A stretch of DNA of 64,000 bases from Malacoraja senta (Eukaryota): contig JAXLNO010006101.1 of assembly GCA_038087875.1 (NCBI GenBank), positions 1-64,000 of the forward strand, read 5' to 3'. The notes beneath the pieces were generated by a model, which worked only from the letters and a program-made list of their open reading frames with translations, ran no database searches and was not told the origin of the DNA. A program made the position numbers and the translations under genes. Position 1 is the first letter of the stretch, and every line of letters starts with the position of its first letter. This document shows positions 49,801 to 60,094 of this stretch, in pieces.

Positions 49801-50600
49801 ATTCAAGTTATATTTAAGTTGTAATTGGTGAAATGTTAAAAAACTTCCGTTATCATACATATCTCCAAACGTTTTAATTCCTGCTCTTTCCCAATTTATA
49901 AAAGCTCTATCTATCATAGAAGGTTTAAACGAAGGATTATTCATTATAGGTGAAAGAAGTGATAGATTTCTTAATTTTAACAATAATTTTATTTGTTTCC
50001 AAATTCTAATTGTACTGTGAATAATTGGATTTTTACTATATATTGTATTCTTTATTTTTGTTGGTGAGAGAAGGATCGCTCCTATGTTAAAAGGGGAGCA
50101 GTCCTCTCTCTCCATTACTATCCAATCCACCTGCTGGGCCGAATTGTCCAACAGGTGAATCATATTTTTGACATTTGTGGCCCAGTAATAATATAAAAAA
50201 TTGGGGAGTGATAATCCACCAAATTCCTTAGGTTTACACAAATGTTTTCTTTGGATTCTGTGGGATTTATAGTCCCATATAAAATTTATAATATCAGCAT
50301 CCAATTTTTTAAAAAACATTTTGGGTAAGTATATCGGTATTGACTGGAATAGATATAAAATTTGTGGTAAAAAGATCATTTTTATAGCATTTATTCAGCC
50401 TATAAGAGACATCATTGGCTATATTTAAGAGGGATTTAGATGTGGCCCTTGTGGCTAAAGGGATCAGGGGGTATGGAGAGAAGGGAGGTACAGGATACTG
50501 AGTTGGATGGTCAGCCATGATCATATTGAATGGCGGTGCAGGCTCGAAGGGCCGAATGGCCTACTCCTGCACCTATTTTCTGTGTGTCTATGTTTCTAAA
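46895..50600 (+). mobile_element. CR1 ORF2 (RT to 3' tail), interrupted by a PLE repeat (about 48172-48270) and an L1 (48702-50411)
   Basis: DKSPGPDRLHPRVL…, LGPQLFTIYINDLD…FADDTKLGG, LVRPHLEYC…, FTQRVVNLWNSLP; the tail resumes after the L1 at 50412. Confidence 0.9.
48702..50411 (-). mobile_element. 5'-truncated L1-clade LINE with a 13 bp TSD
   Basis: Open 351 aa ORF2 C-terminus (LYLFQSIPI…FIW…GGLSLPNF..YYWA…CDKC…HSFVFC…FW). A-rich tail reads as a T-run at 48702-48740. TSD TCATTGGCTATAT at 48689-48701 and 50412-50424. Confidence 0.92.
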
Positions 50601-51197
50601 AGCAGGAATGGGGTACTGATTCTAGATGCAGGCATGATCATATTGAATGGCGGTGCTGGCTCGAATGGCCGAATGGCCTACTCCTGTGCCTATTTTTCTA
50701 TGTTTCTATAATTAGTATACATTCGGCTATTTGTGGTGTTTCTTGAAAACACGAAGACGAGAGAATGTAAAGGATCTGCAGAACAACTAAAAGACTGCAG
50801 AAAGCAGCTTGAAAAGGAGGCTCTTCATCGATACAACATAATTATGTTTTATTCAGCTATCATTGTTTGTAGAGTTTCTTATTGGAATGAAAACATCATC
50901 CAAGTTTTGACCTTTCCTTATTACTCCTGGTCCCAGGGGCATGGTTGGCATTAGCTCATTACCTTCATCCTAATAAAGGGTTGTTGTTCACAGTTGTGCC
51001 TAGATTTTTATCAATTATAACCTTGAGTTCACAAACTGTTCTTTGTCTCTGGGCTAAAGTTCACAGACTCTCCTTTTCAAGGAGTGAGCAGTTTTAAGCA
51101 AACTGACTTCAGCAAATCCTTACAAATTCCATCACCCCCCCCCCCCCCCCACTTTGATTCATCAATCAATGCCAGAGGGAATGAATCATCTAAGTAA

Positions 51198-51871
51198 AGG
51201 GGCCTGTCCCACTTACGTGTCCTTGGAACGCAAATTACGCGTTGAGCCGCGATGGTCTGACGAAGGTCGGGCGCGATTACATGCGTACGCACAGCCGTCT
51301 GGAGCGTGTGACACATTATTTGAAGATGGACACAAAGCTGGAGTAAGCCAGTGGGACCGGCAGCATCTCTGGAGAGAAGCAATGGGTGACGTTTCATGTC
51401 GAGACTCTTCTTCAGTCTGAAAAGAAGGGTCTTGACCCGAAACGTCACCCATTGCTTCTCTCCAGAGATGCTGCCGGTCCCGCTGACATTTTGTGTCTAT
51501 CTTCAATTTTCTTGGCCCCGCTCTGGGAGTAGAAGTGGGGGCGGATCCGGACCTCAACGGCCGTGAGCCCCAGGCCGAGTTCGGCGATCGTTTGCCTCCT
51601 TCTGCTGCTGTTGAAAGTGAGACTTTGCGTCGCGCCAGGGTCTTGGGCCTGTCCCACTTTGGCCGTCAGTTCCGCGACAGGCCGTTGGCGCGCGAAGATT
51701 TCGTTCACTACAAAATTATCGGAGCCCCGCGCGATGTCGCGCACAACTACATACCCCTCCGCGCTTCCAAGTGGGACCGGCCCCGCGCGGCCATACGATG
51801 CCCGTGCGCCTCAACGCGACCACAAGGTCGCATAATTTGTGTACCAAGGACACGTAAGTGGGACAGGCCCT
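51198..51871. mobile_element. PIF/Harbinger-type MITE with nested inserts
   Basis: TIR AGG(G)GCCTGTCCCACTTACGTGTCCTTGG and CCAAGGACACGTAAGTGGGACAGGCCCT, flanked by a TAA TSD (51195-51197, 51872-51874). An internal second TIR-like pair lies at about 51645 and 51770-51783. Confidence 0.8.
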
Positions 51872-52863
51872 TAAAAATATCAAGGAAAGGTAGCGCAGCT
51901 ACACATCACTGGATATCTTTAACCTGTTCAATGCCACCGCCGAGTACACTAGGGGTCATGGCCAATAGTGAAAAATAAACTTGGCAGTGAACAGCTTAAT
52001 GGTCTCCATATTTTAGAGAAAGCCTTCAATGCCCATGAGGGGTGAGCCTTATTATATCTATGTTTCTCTAAATATAGGAAGCACTTTTGTGGTAAAAGAT
52101 GGGTCAGCTCGGGCCTCGAAAAGATCCAACCTTATGTGCAGCTTTATATTTGTTTATATGCAATAAGCAAAAAGAACACAATAGAAGATAAAACATGATA
52201 ATAACTATAAGCAAAGCCAAGAGATCGTGGCCTTACACGAGTTGCTGCCTTGCAGCACCAGAGACCCTGGTTTGAACCTGACTACGAGTGGTGACTGTAC
52301 GGAGTTTGCATGTTCTCCCCGTAACCTGTGTGGCTTTTCTCTGAGATGTAGGTAAATTGGCTTGGTGTAAATGTAAATTGTCCCTAGTATGGGCTGAAGG
52401 GCCTGTTTCAGCACTGTATCTCCAAAGCAGTGGGGGGGTCGTGACCCCCAAGGGGGTCGTTTGGGGTTTTCCGGGGGTCATGAAGGGGTTGTAAAGAACA
52501 TCAATTTGTTGAGCCCATTTTTAGGAACCTAACAAAGGTACATACCACACACAGTTTTTTATTCACGTATGCGCGTACGTATACACGGGGCCTATGAGAG
52601 GGGGGTGCAGGGGGTACATCGTACCCGGGCTCGGAGTCCAAAAGGGGCCCGGGAGCTGAAGGAAGGGGGGGGGGGGCGGGAATTTCCTGAAATCTCAGAA
52701 ATTTTTTGCATATATTTTGTGAAGACTAGCATTCACATTTTGTGCCTTCAGAGTTTTATATATCGTAATTCGTAGAAATTGTGATCCATAATAAAGCAGG
52801 GAATTTTCACAAGCGGATGTGTGGTCGGGGTAACCTGATTAAAAGAGGGGGAAGGGGAAGACC

Positions 52864-53460
52864 CATCACTACTGATGGATCCTCCCTGTAGGAGGAGGGA
52901 GAGCACTAGGACCCAGCAGAGTCATCACTACTGATGGGTCTTCTGTGTAGGTGGGGGGGAGCACTAGGACCCAACAGAGTCATCACTACTGATGGATCCT
53001 CCCTGTAGGAGGAGGGAGAGCACTAGGACCCAGCAGAGTCATCACTACTGATGGATCCTCCCTGTAGGAGGAGGGAGAGCACTAGGACCCAACAGAGTCA
53101 TCACTACTGATGGATCCTCCCTGTAGGAGGAGGGAGAGCACTAGGACCCAGCAGAGTCATCACTACTGATGGGTCTTCCGTGTGGGGGGGCAGGGGGGGG
53201 GAGCACTAGGACCCAGCAGTCATCACTACTGATGGGTCTTCCCTGCAGGAGGGGGGAGAGCACTAGGACCCAGCAGAGTCATCACTACTGATGGGTCTTC
53301 CCTGCAGGAGTAGGGGGAGAGCACTAGGACACAGCAGAGTCATCAATACTGATGGGTCTTCCCTGCAGGAGGGGGGGGGGAGAGCACTAGGACACAGCAG
53401 AGTCATCAATACTGATGGGTCTTCCCTGCAGGAGGGGGGGGGGAGCACTAGGAACCAGCA
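52864..53460. repeat. 59 bp minisatellite, about 10 copies, inside the hAT element
   Basis: Unit GAGCACTAGGACCCAGCAGAGTCATCACTACTGATGGATCCTCCCTGTAGGAGGAGGGA. Confidence 0.95.
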
Positions 53461-54079
53461 ATCAGACCATGTGCTGTCTGCATGGTTTAGGTTGTGGGCC
53501 TGGTGCTATGCCGGGAACTCTGGTGAGGTGATGGCTCTGGCCCGCTGGTGGCCGGTGGAGAGGCGAGGGTCGGCAGAGTCGCTGGTGGAGGCCCGTGGGG
53601 AGCTGGAGTAGAGATATGGGCAGCAGCATCATTGGCTTTCTGAAGACAGTGAAGGTCGGCGACAGTGGCTGCGGTGGCCTCGCCCGGGGAGGTGGTGAGA
53701 GTCAGGAGCCGCGGCTGTTTCAGTGGTCCGGGCCTGGGTTTGGGTCAGTGTGTGGATGGGTGGGTGTGAGTGAGTGGGTGAGGGTGTGTGTGTGTGTGTG
53801 TGGATGTGTGTGGGTGTAGGTGAGTGAGTGTGTGTCTGAGTGTATGTGTGTGTTAGTGGGAGGGTGAATTTTATAAATGAAGTTAAAACCATTAGATCTG
53901 TTGAACTTGTTAACAGACTATTGACTTGGTAACCTGTTTCCAAATGTTTGTGTTAGCTTCAGAATACTATTAACAATTCCAGCAACAGTAGCTTCTGCAG
54001 AGGTCATTTAGCAAACTCAAGCTGATTAAGAATTATTTAAGGTCGACAATGTCTCATGAACGTCTTGTGGATTTGGCCA

Positions 54080-54575
54080 GGCTAAGTATTCAAAGTCAGT
54101 TTTATTCATCACATACACCCGAAGGTGCAGTGAAGTGAATTTGCCAGCAGTGATACACGTAAAAAGAACACACAATACACAATAAAATTGAACACAAACA
54201 TCCACTACAGCATTCTTCACTGTGGTGGAAGGCAACAAGTTTCAGCCAGTCCTCCTCCTTTGTTCACCTGTGTTCGGGGCCATAACCCCTCCGTAGTCGC
54301 ATCTAGGGACGGACCAATGTACAAGGCCCTCTCGTCGGGATGATCCAAACTCTGACGTTGGGACGGACAAACACACTCTGCGGCTTGGAGGTCCCGACTC
54401 GGCACTTTCCTAGTGGAGACCGCAGCTTCAGGATGTTATAGGCCGCAGGCCAGCGGTTCGAGCTCGTCTCTGGTGATCCCCGGCAAGGGATCCCAGGATC
54501 CGGATGGTAAGTCCACGCCACGCCCGCGGCTAGAAGCTCCGCAGACCACAGCTCCACGGTGTCAACGTATTGAAT
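54080..54575 (-). mobile_element. Unclassified retroposon-like repeat (same family as 8490-8875)
   Basis: Shares the CATCCAC…CACTGTG.TGGAAGGC tail and the GATGGTAAGTCC motif with the other copies. Confidence 0.6.
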
Positions 54576-55189
54576 CAATAGTATTGAATCATACATTGCC
54601 AGAACAATACATTTTCATGCTGTGATTTGACATTTTTCACACAAAAAAGGCCAGGAAAGCTCTTTATATAAAGTAAATTTATATAATAAAAGTAAAACTT
54701 TTACTTTTTACTAATAATTATGTCTTTTGATGATATGATCTGCATTGAAACATAAAAGGATGTTTCAATGTGAATTCTTTCTCCTTATCTGTATTGTAGC
54801 ATAAACAAAGATGTTCACAACAAAGGTAGATAAAATGCTGGAGAAACTCAATGGGTGAGGCAGCATCTATAGAGTGAAGGAAAACAAATGTGCTTTCTGA
54901 TCCTTTTATGTTATTTATACTTATTTATATTTATCATGGAGGGTGTATAGGGACATAAGGCCTCAAATGCAGAAAATCAACAGAGCGCCCCATTCCACCC
55001 CTCTCTCATCTTCCGTACCCCTTTTTGCCGTGCAGGCTACAGCTCATGGCATAAAACTGTAGCATAGTGGATAAAAACAGGATGACTAATGGAGAAGGGA
55101 AGGGGGCCCAAAATAAACTTTGTACCCACTGATAAAATTCCTCTGAGGCCCTGCGTATACACGCACAAACAGTGTGTGTTGTGAACCAT

Positions 55190-56936
55190 GTCTTCCAAGA
55201 CGCGCATGTATAGTGAAACATTTCACAAGTTGGGCTTCACAAGCATTGTTCCAAATCCGTGGTCAAGCTGCAATGTGTTCTCTGTGCCAAGGTGTTGAGT
55301 CACGAGAGCATGAAGCCCAGCAAACTGAAGATCCATTTGGAGTCTTGTCACAGCAACCTGGCGGGGAAGAGCGTGGACTATTTCAAACGAAAAGAAGCCA
55401 TAACTCAAGGGATCCCGCATCTATTCAACGGGTCACTGTGCTCATCAAAATGAAGCAGCGTTGGAGGCTTCATACCGGATTGCTTATCGAATCGCACAGA
55501 CTAAGAAACCTCACAGCATCGGTGAAGAGCTTATCAAGCCATGCCTTCTCGAAACAGCGAAGTTGGCGCTGGGGGAAGAGCAGTCAAACAAGTTCAGGCA
55601 GATTTCCCTTTTGAATGACACAGTCAAAAGTAGAATCTCGGATATGAGTAATGATATTCTGCTGCAAGTAGTGAGGGCTGTGACGAGCAGTCCAGTGTAT
55701 TCACTGCAACTGGGCGAGTCAACAGATGTTGCCTCATGTTCCCAACTGCTAGTCTACATTCGTTACCTCGATGGAGTAGCCATGACGGAGGAGTACATGT
55801 TCTCGGAGCCATTGGCTACTACCACTCGGGGAGAAGATGTGTTCAGAATGCTGGAAGCCTTCCTCATCAAACATGAGCTTGGCTGGAAATGCCTTGTTGG
55901 GATGTGTACAGATGGGGCACCTTCCATGGTCGGTTGCAGATCCGGTTTCCAAGACTTCGTGAATGATGTCGCTCCACATGTCTCCTTCCCCCACTGCATG
56001 ATACATCGCTATGCTTTAGCGATGAAGACTCTCCCTCTTGGTCTTCGAGAAGTGCTTTCAGATGTGGTGAAGATTGTGAACCACATCCGAGAGAGTGCAA
56101 CAAACTCAAGAATCTTCAAGCGATGTGTGAAGAAATGGGCATCGATTTCACTATTCTGTTATTCCACACAGAGGTGCGCTGGCTTTTGCGTGGTAAAGTT
56201 CTCAATCATGTGATTCAACGTTGAGAGGAAATAGTGTTGTTCTTGGAGAGAAGGGGTACTGAGAAGGAGAATCAGCTTCATGAAAAGATGCAAGTTGAAC
56301 TGTTCGTGATGAAGGTTGCTTACTTGGTTGACTTCTTCGCTGAGGTGAATTCCTTGAACCTGTCGCTTCAAGGAATCCTCCCAATGGCATTCAGGAGGAA
56401 CCTTTACCAGAGAACAGACGGTGACATGGCTATCTTCCCTGAGATGACGACTCTCCTGGATGCTACGCCTGATGCTGAATGCCACTTCCACGAGGAGATC
56501 TCAACCCACCTTCTGGCAATTAGTGAACCCATCGAACGTTACTTCCCCAGACTGGACGACCGCTCTCGTGATGAGTGGATGCTCTGACCCTTTTCCGTTG
56601 AAGACGGTGGCATCAGCGATACTGACGTGACCGAAGGTTGAATTTTACTGAATTCGTGAAGATGCGCAACTCAAGAGTGACTTCATGGAACAAGAGCTCG
56701 CCACGTTTTGGCTGAAAGTGAAGGAATGTCCTGCTCTTTCGAAGAGGGCCCTGACCCTATTGGTCCATTCCCCCTCAACCTCTCACTGTGAGGGTGGATT
56801 CTCAACTATGGTAACTCTGAAAACGAAGGTACGCAATAGGCTTGTGATCGACACTGACATGAGGTGCTGCCTGTCGAGCATTCGTCCACGTTTTGATTGC
56901 CTGATGACTGCGAAGCAATTTCAGCCATCCCATTGA
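55190..56936 (+). pseudogene. hAT/Buster transposase, frameshifted
   Basis: BED-like QCVLCAKVLSHESMKPSKLKIHLESCH; KKPHSIGEELIKPC; SLQLGESTD (first catalytic D changed to G); CTDGAPSM; HCMIHR; CEGGFS…KTKVRNRL…QPSH*. Confidence 0.9.
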
Positions 56937-57159
56937 CTGAGCAATGGCAGACATGTTTTAATAAATCGGGCTGTTTTTTTTCAAATTTTGTTTCAGAGGT
57001 CACGGTACTGATCAAGAGTGCCTGATGGGGTCGTGGGGCCAAAAAGGTTAAGAACCACTGCTCTAAAGCTTAAAACTAAAGGGGCTAATAAAGGCCACAA
57101 AGTGGCTTTAGTGAGTCGGATTACAGAAAATCCCACATCTTTTTCATGGTTTCATGGTT

Positions 57160-57845
57160 AGTTTATTGTCACATATACCAATTAAGGTACATTGAAATGC
57201 AGACTACCATACACCATACTAAAAAAAAGCAACAAGACACACAATAACATAAAAGTTAACATAAACATCCACAACAGAGGAGCCCGCACGTTCCTTACTG
57301 TGATGGAAGGCAATAAAGTCTAATCTCCTTCCTCTTTATCTCCCGCAGTCGGGGCAATCAAACAATCTGCAGTCGGTGGTCGAAACCCCCCGTTGAGGAA
57401 TCGAAACTCCCACGTCGGAGCGGTCGAAACTCTTGCGGCTTGGAGATCCCGGATGTCGGTCTCGACCGTAGACCACGGGCTCCGCGATGTTAAAGTCTTG
57501 CAGGCTCTCACAGTTGGAGCCCTAAAGTCGATCCCCGACAGGGATCGCGAGCTCCATGATGGTAAGTCCACAGGCTCCTGCGATGGATCTCCCGGTCGAT
57601 CTCTAGCAAAGGCCGCCATTCATCAATGTTAGGCCGCATTGTGGACGGAGATACGATACAGAAAATATCGCATCTACGTCGAGGTAAGAGATTAGGAAAA
57701 GTTTCCCACAACTCCCCCAACCCCCACCCCCAAAACAAGCTAAAGAACACTAAAGAATATACATTTAACACGTACAAAACAGACACAAAGAAGGAAGGGA
57801 CAGACGACTTTTGGCGAGGCAACCATTGCAGCAAAAGGTGGATTG
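57160..57845 (-). mobile_element. Unclassified retroposon-like repeat (same family)
   Basis: TTTATTGTCACATATACC…AAACATCCAC…CTGTGATGGAAGGC…GATGGTAAGTCCAC. Confidence 0.6.
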
Positions 57846-57949
57846 CTTAAGGATATAGAAGGGAATATGTGCTTGGAGTTTGGCGAGGTTTGGTTTCACC
57901 AAGGAAGACATGTAGAATAGTAAGGACCATTAATAGTAAGTACATCATA

Positions 57950-58740
57950 AAATCCTCCAACATTTTTGCCACCTCCAACGGGATCCCACTACTGATCACA
58001 TCTTCCCATCTCCACCCGTTTCTGCTTTCCGCAGAGACCGTTCCCTCCGAAACTCCCTGGTCAACTCGTCCCTTCACACCCAAACCACCCGCTCCCCGGA
58101 TACTTTCTCCTGCAACTGCAGGAGATGCAACACCTGTCCCTTTATGTCCCCCCCTCGACTCCGTCCAAGGACCTAAAGTCTTTCCAGGTGAGGCAGAAGT
58201 TCACTTGCACCTCTTCCAACCTCATCTACTGTATCCGCTGTTTCAGTTGTCAACTTCTCTACATCAGTGAGACCAAGCGCAGGCTCGGCGATCGTTTTGT
58301 TGAACACTTCCCCTCAGTCCGTCTTACCCTACCCGATCTCCCGGTGGCTCAGCACTTCAACTCCCCCTCCCATTCCCAATCTGACCTTTCTGTCCTGGGC
58401 CTCCTCCATTGTCAGAGTGAGGCCCAGCCCAAATTGGAGGAACAGCACCTCATATTTTGCTTGGGTAGTGTATACTCCAGCGGTATGAACATTGACTTCT
58501 ATTACTTTCGATAGCCCTTGATTTCTCTCTCCATCCCCTCCCCCGTCCCAATTCTGCCACCAGTCTTACTGTCTCCGCCGACATTCTATCTTTGTCCCTC
58601 CCCTGACATCAGTCTGAAGAAGGGTCTCGACCCAAAACAATGCCCATTCCTTCTCTCCAGGGAAGCTGCCTGACCCGCTGAGTTACGCCAGCATTTTGTG
58701 TCTCTCTACGATTTTAACATCTGCAGCATCTGCAGTTCTT
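57950..58740 (+). mobile_element. Penelope 3' part (GIY-YIG and terminal repeat)
   Basis: FQVRQKFTCTSSNLIYCIRCFSCQLLYISETKRRLGDRF…SGMNIDF, then CTGAAGAAGGGTCTCGACCC. Confidence 0.9.
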
Positions 58741-58789
58741 TCTTACACATGGAGAATCAATGTGGAGAATGCTAACATGCAGGGACACT

Positions 58790-59300
58790 TTGAAGTTAAG
58801 CAAGAAGGAGATGTTGGATCACTTGAAGAGAAATGTGGATAAATCCCCAGGATAGAGGGGTGTAGTGGATGATAATAATAATCGTTGAAAACATTAGTGC
58901 CGTGCTGGTTTCCGATGGGCACGGTGACGGACGCACCACACATCTCTCCTCCATGCAACTGGCAAGCTCCTCTTTTATCTCTACACATGCGTCTTCCATC
59001 AACGTCTTCTGCATCATCTTGATTGGCCGTCCTGGGTCAAGTCTTCCATGGGTGGGTTCCCACAGCACAACCTTGTTTGCTGGCATTTCTGGGTGGCGGA
59101 GCCAGTGACCTGCGAGCCTCATCCTTCTCAACGTGATCTTCTCGGTCAGAGGTGGATTCTCCCCATAGAGCTGGGCGTTGGTGATGTGGTCCCTCCATCT
59201 GACATTTTGAACTTTTCCGAGCATTCGGGTGTAGGTACCATCGAGAGACTAGGACAGTGCTGGAGTGAGAGTCCATGCCTCACACCCGTACAATAATATG
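58790..59300 (-). mobile_element. RTE-clade LINE 3' fragment
   Basis: NVRWRDHITNAQLYG…RRMRLAGHWLRHPEMPANKVVLWEPTHG…GRP, a typical RTE C-terminus. Confidence 0.8.
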
Positions 59301-59482
59301 GTCTCTACAGTTGTACGGAAGGCCAAATATTCAGGCTGTAGTTCAGTGACAAGTAGAGTTCTGCAGGGATCTGTGCTGTGACCCTTGCTACTTGTGACAT
59401 ATATAAATGACTTGGACCCTGGTGTTCAGAAATTACCCAGTCATAACAATTAATCAAATAATGATTTTTATTTTTATTTCAG

Positions 59483-59756
59483 ATTATCACTACGTTCAAG
59501 GACAGTTTGGTTGTGAGGTGAACGATCACAGTCCCACTGTAGGGATATTGAAGTTGGCTTTTGATGGAAGATATGCATTTAGTTTTGATAAGGACAAACT
59601 AAAGTGGACGGTGCATGATCCAATAGCTGAGCTTCAAAGAGAAATGGGACAAGAATGAAAAAATGAACCGTTATTTCAAGAGCTTGTTAGAACATGACTG
59701 TGTGGATCTATGGCTTACATACTATGCAATTGGAAAGACATACCTGACCAGAAAAG
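59483..59756 (+). pseudogene. MHC class I-like alpha2-domain exon with a 2 bp frameshift
   Basis: TTTCAG| acceptor and |GTGAGT donor; 274 nt, where 276 would keep frame. YHYVQGQFGCEVND…LAFDGRYAFSFDKDKLKWTVHDPIAE / FKEKWDKNEKMNRYFKSLLEHDCVDLWLTYYAIGKTYLTRK; both disulfide Cys are present; the shift is at about 59632-59635. Confidence 0.88.
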
Positions 59757-60094
59757 GTGAGTTCAGAACAAAGGATGTTGTTTTGTGATGGTAGGCAATG
59801 AGTAATATTTCACTCTGAGGCAATGAGTAATATTATCTCTGACCCAATCATGACAGAGGGAAAGGTCATTCGGCCCATTGATTCTATGCTAGTTTTCTAT
59901 GCAATGTCGACAAACTGTTCCACAGCTCTCTCTCACAACTTGCACTCAGCTCCCTCGGATTCTCCTTGCATTCAGCTCTACGACGGATAATTTGCAATGT
60001 CCAACTAACTCACCGGCACGTCTTTGGTATACGGGACAAAACTGGAGCACATGGAGGAAGCCAACTGAGTCATAAGGTCATAAGTGATGGGTGC

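Larger units (their letters stand above)
52428..57060 (+). mobile_element. hAT (Buster/Charlie-type) DNA transposon with nested insertions
   Basis: Right TIR …AAAAGGTTAAGAACCACTG ends at 57060; left TIR is reduced to CAGTGG. 8 bp TSD CTCCAAAG (52420-52427) and CTCTAAAG (57061-57068), inserted into a SINE tail. Confidence 0.85.
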
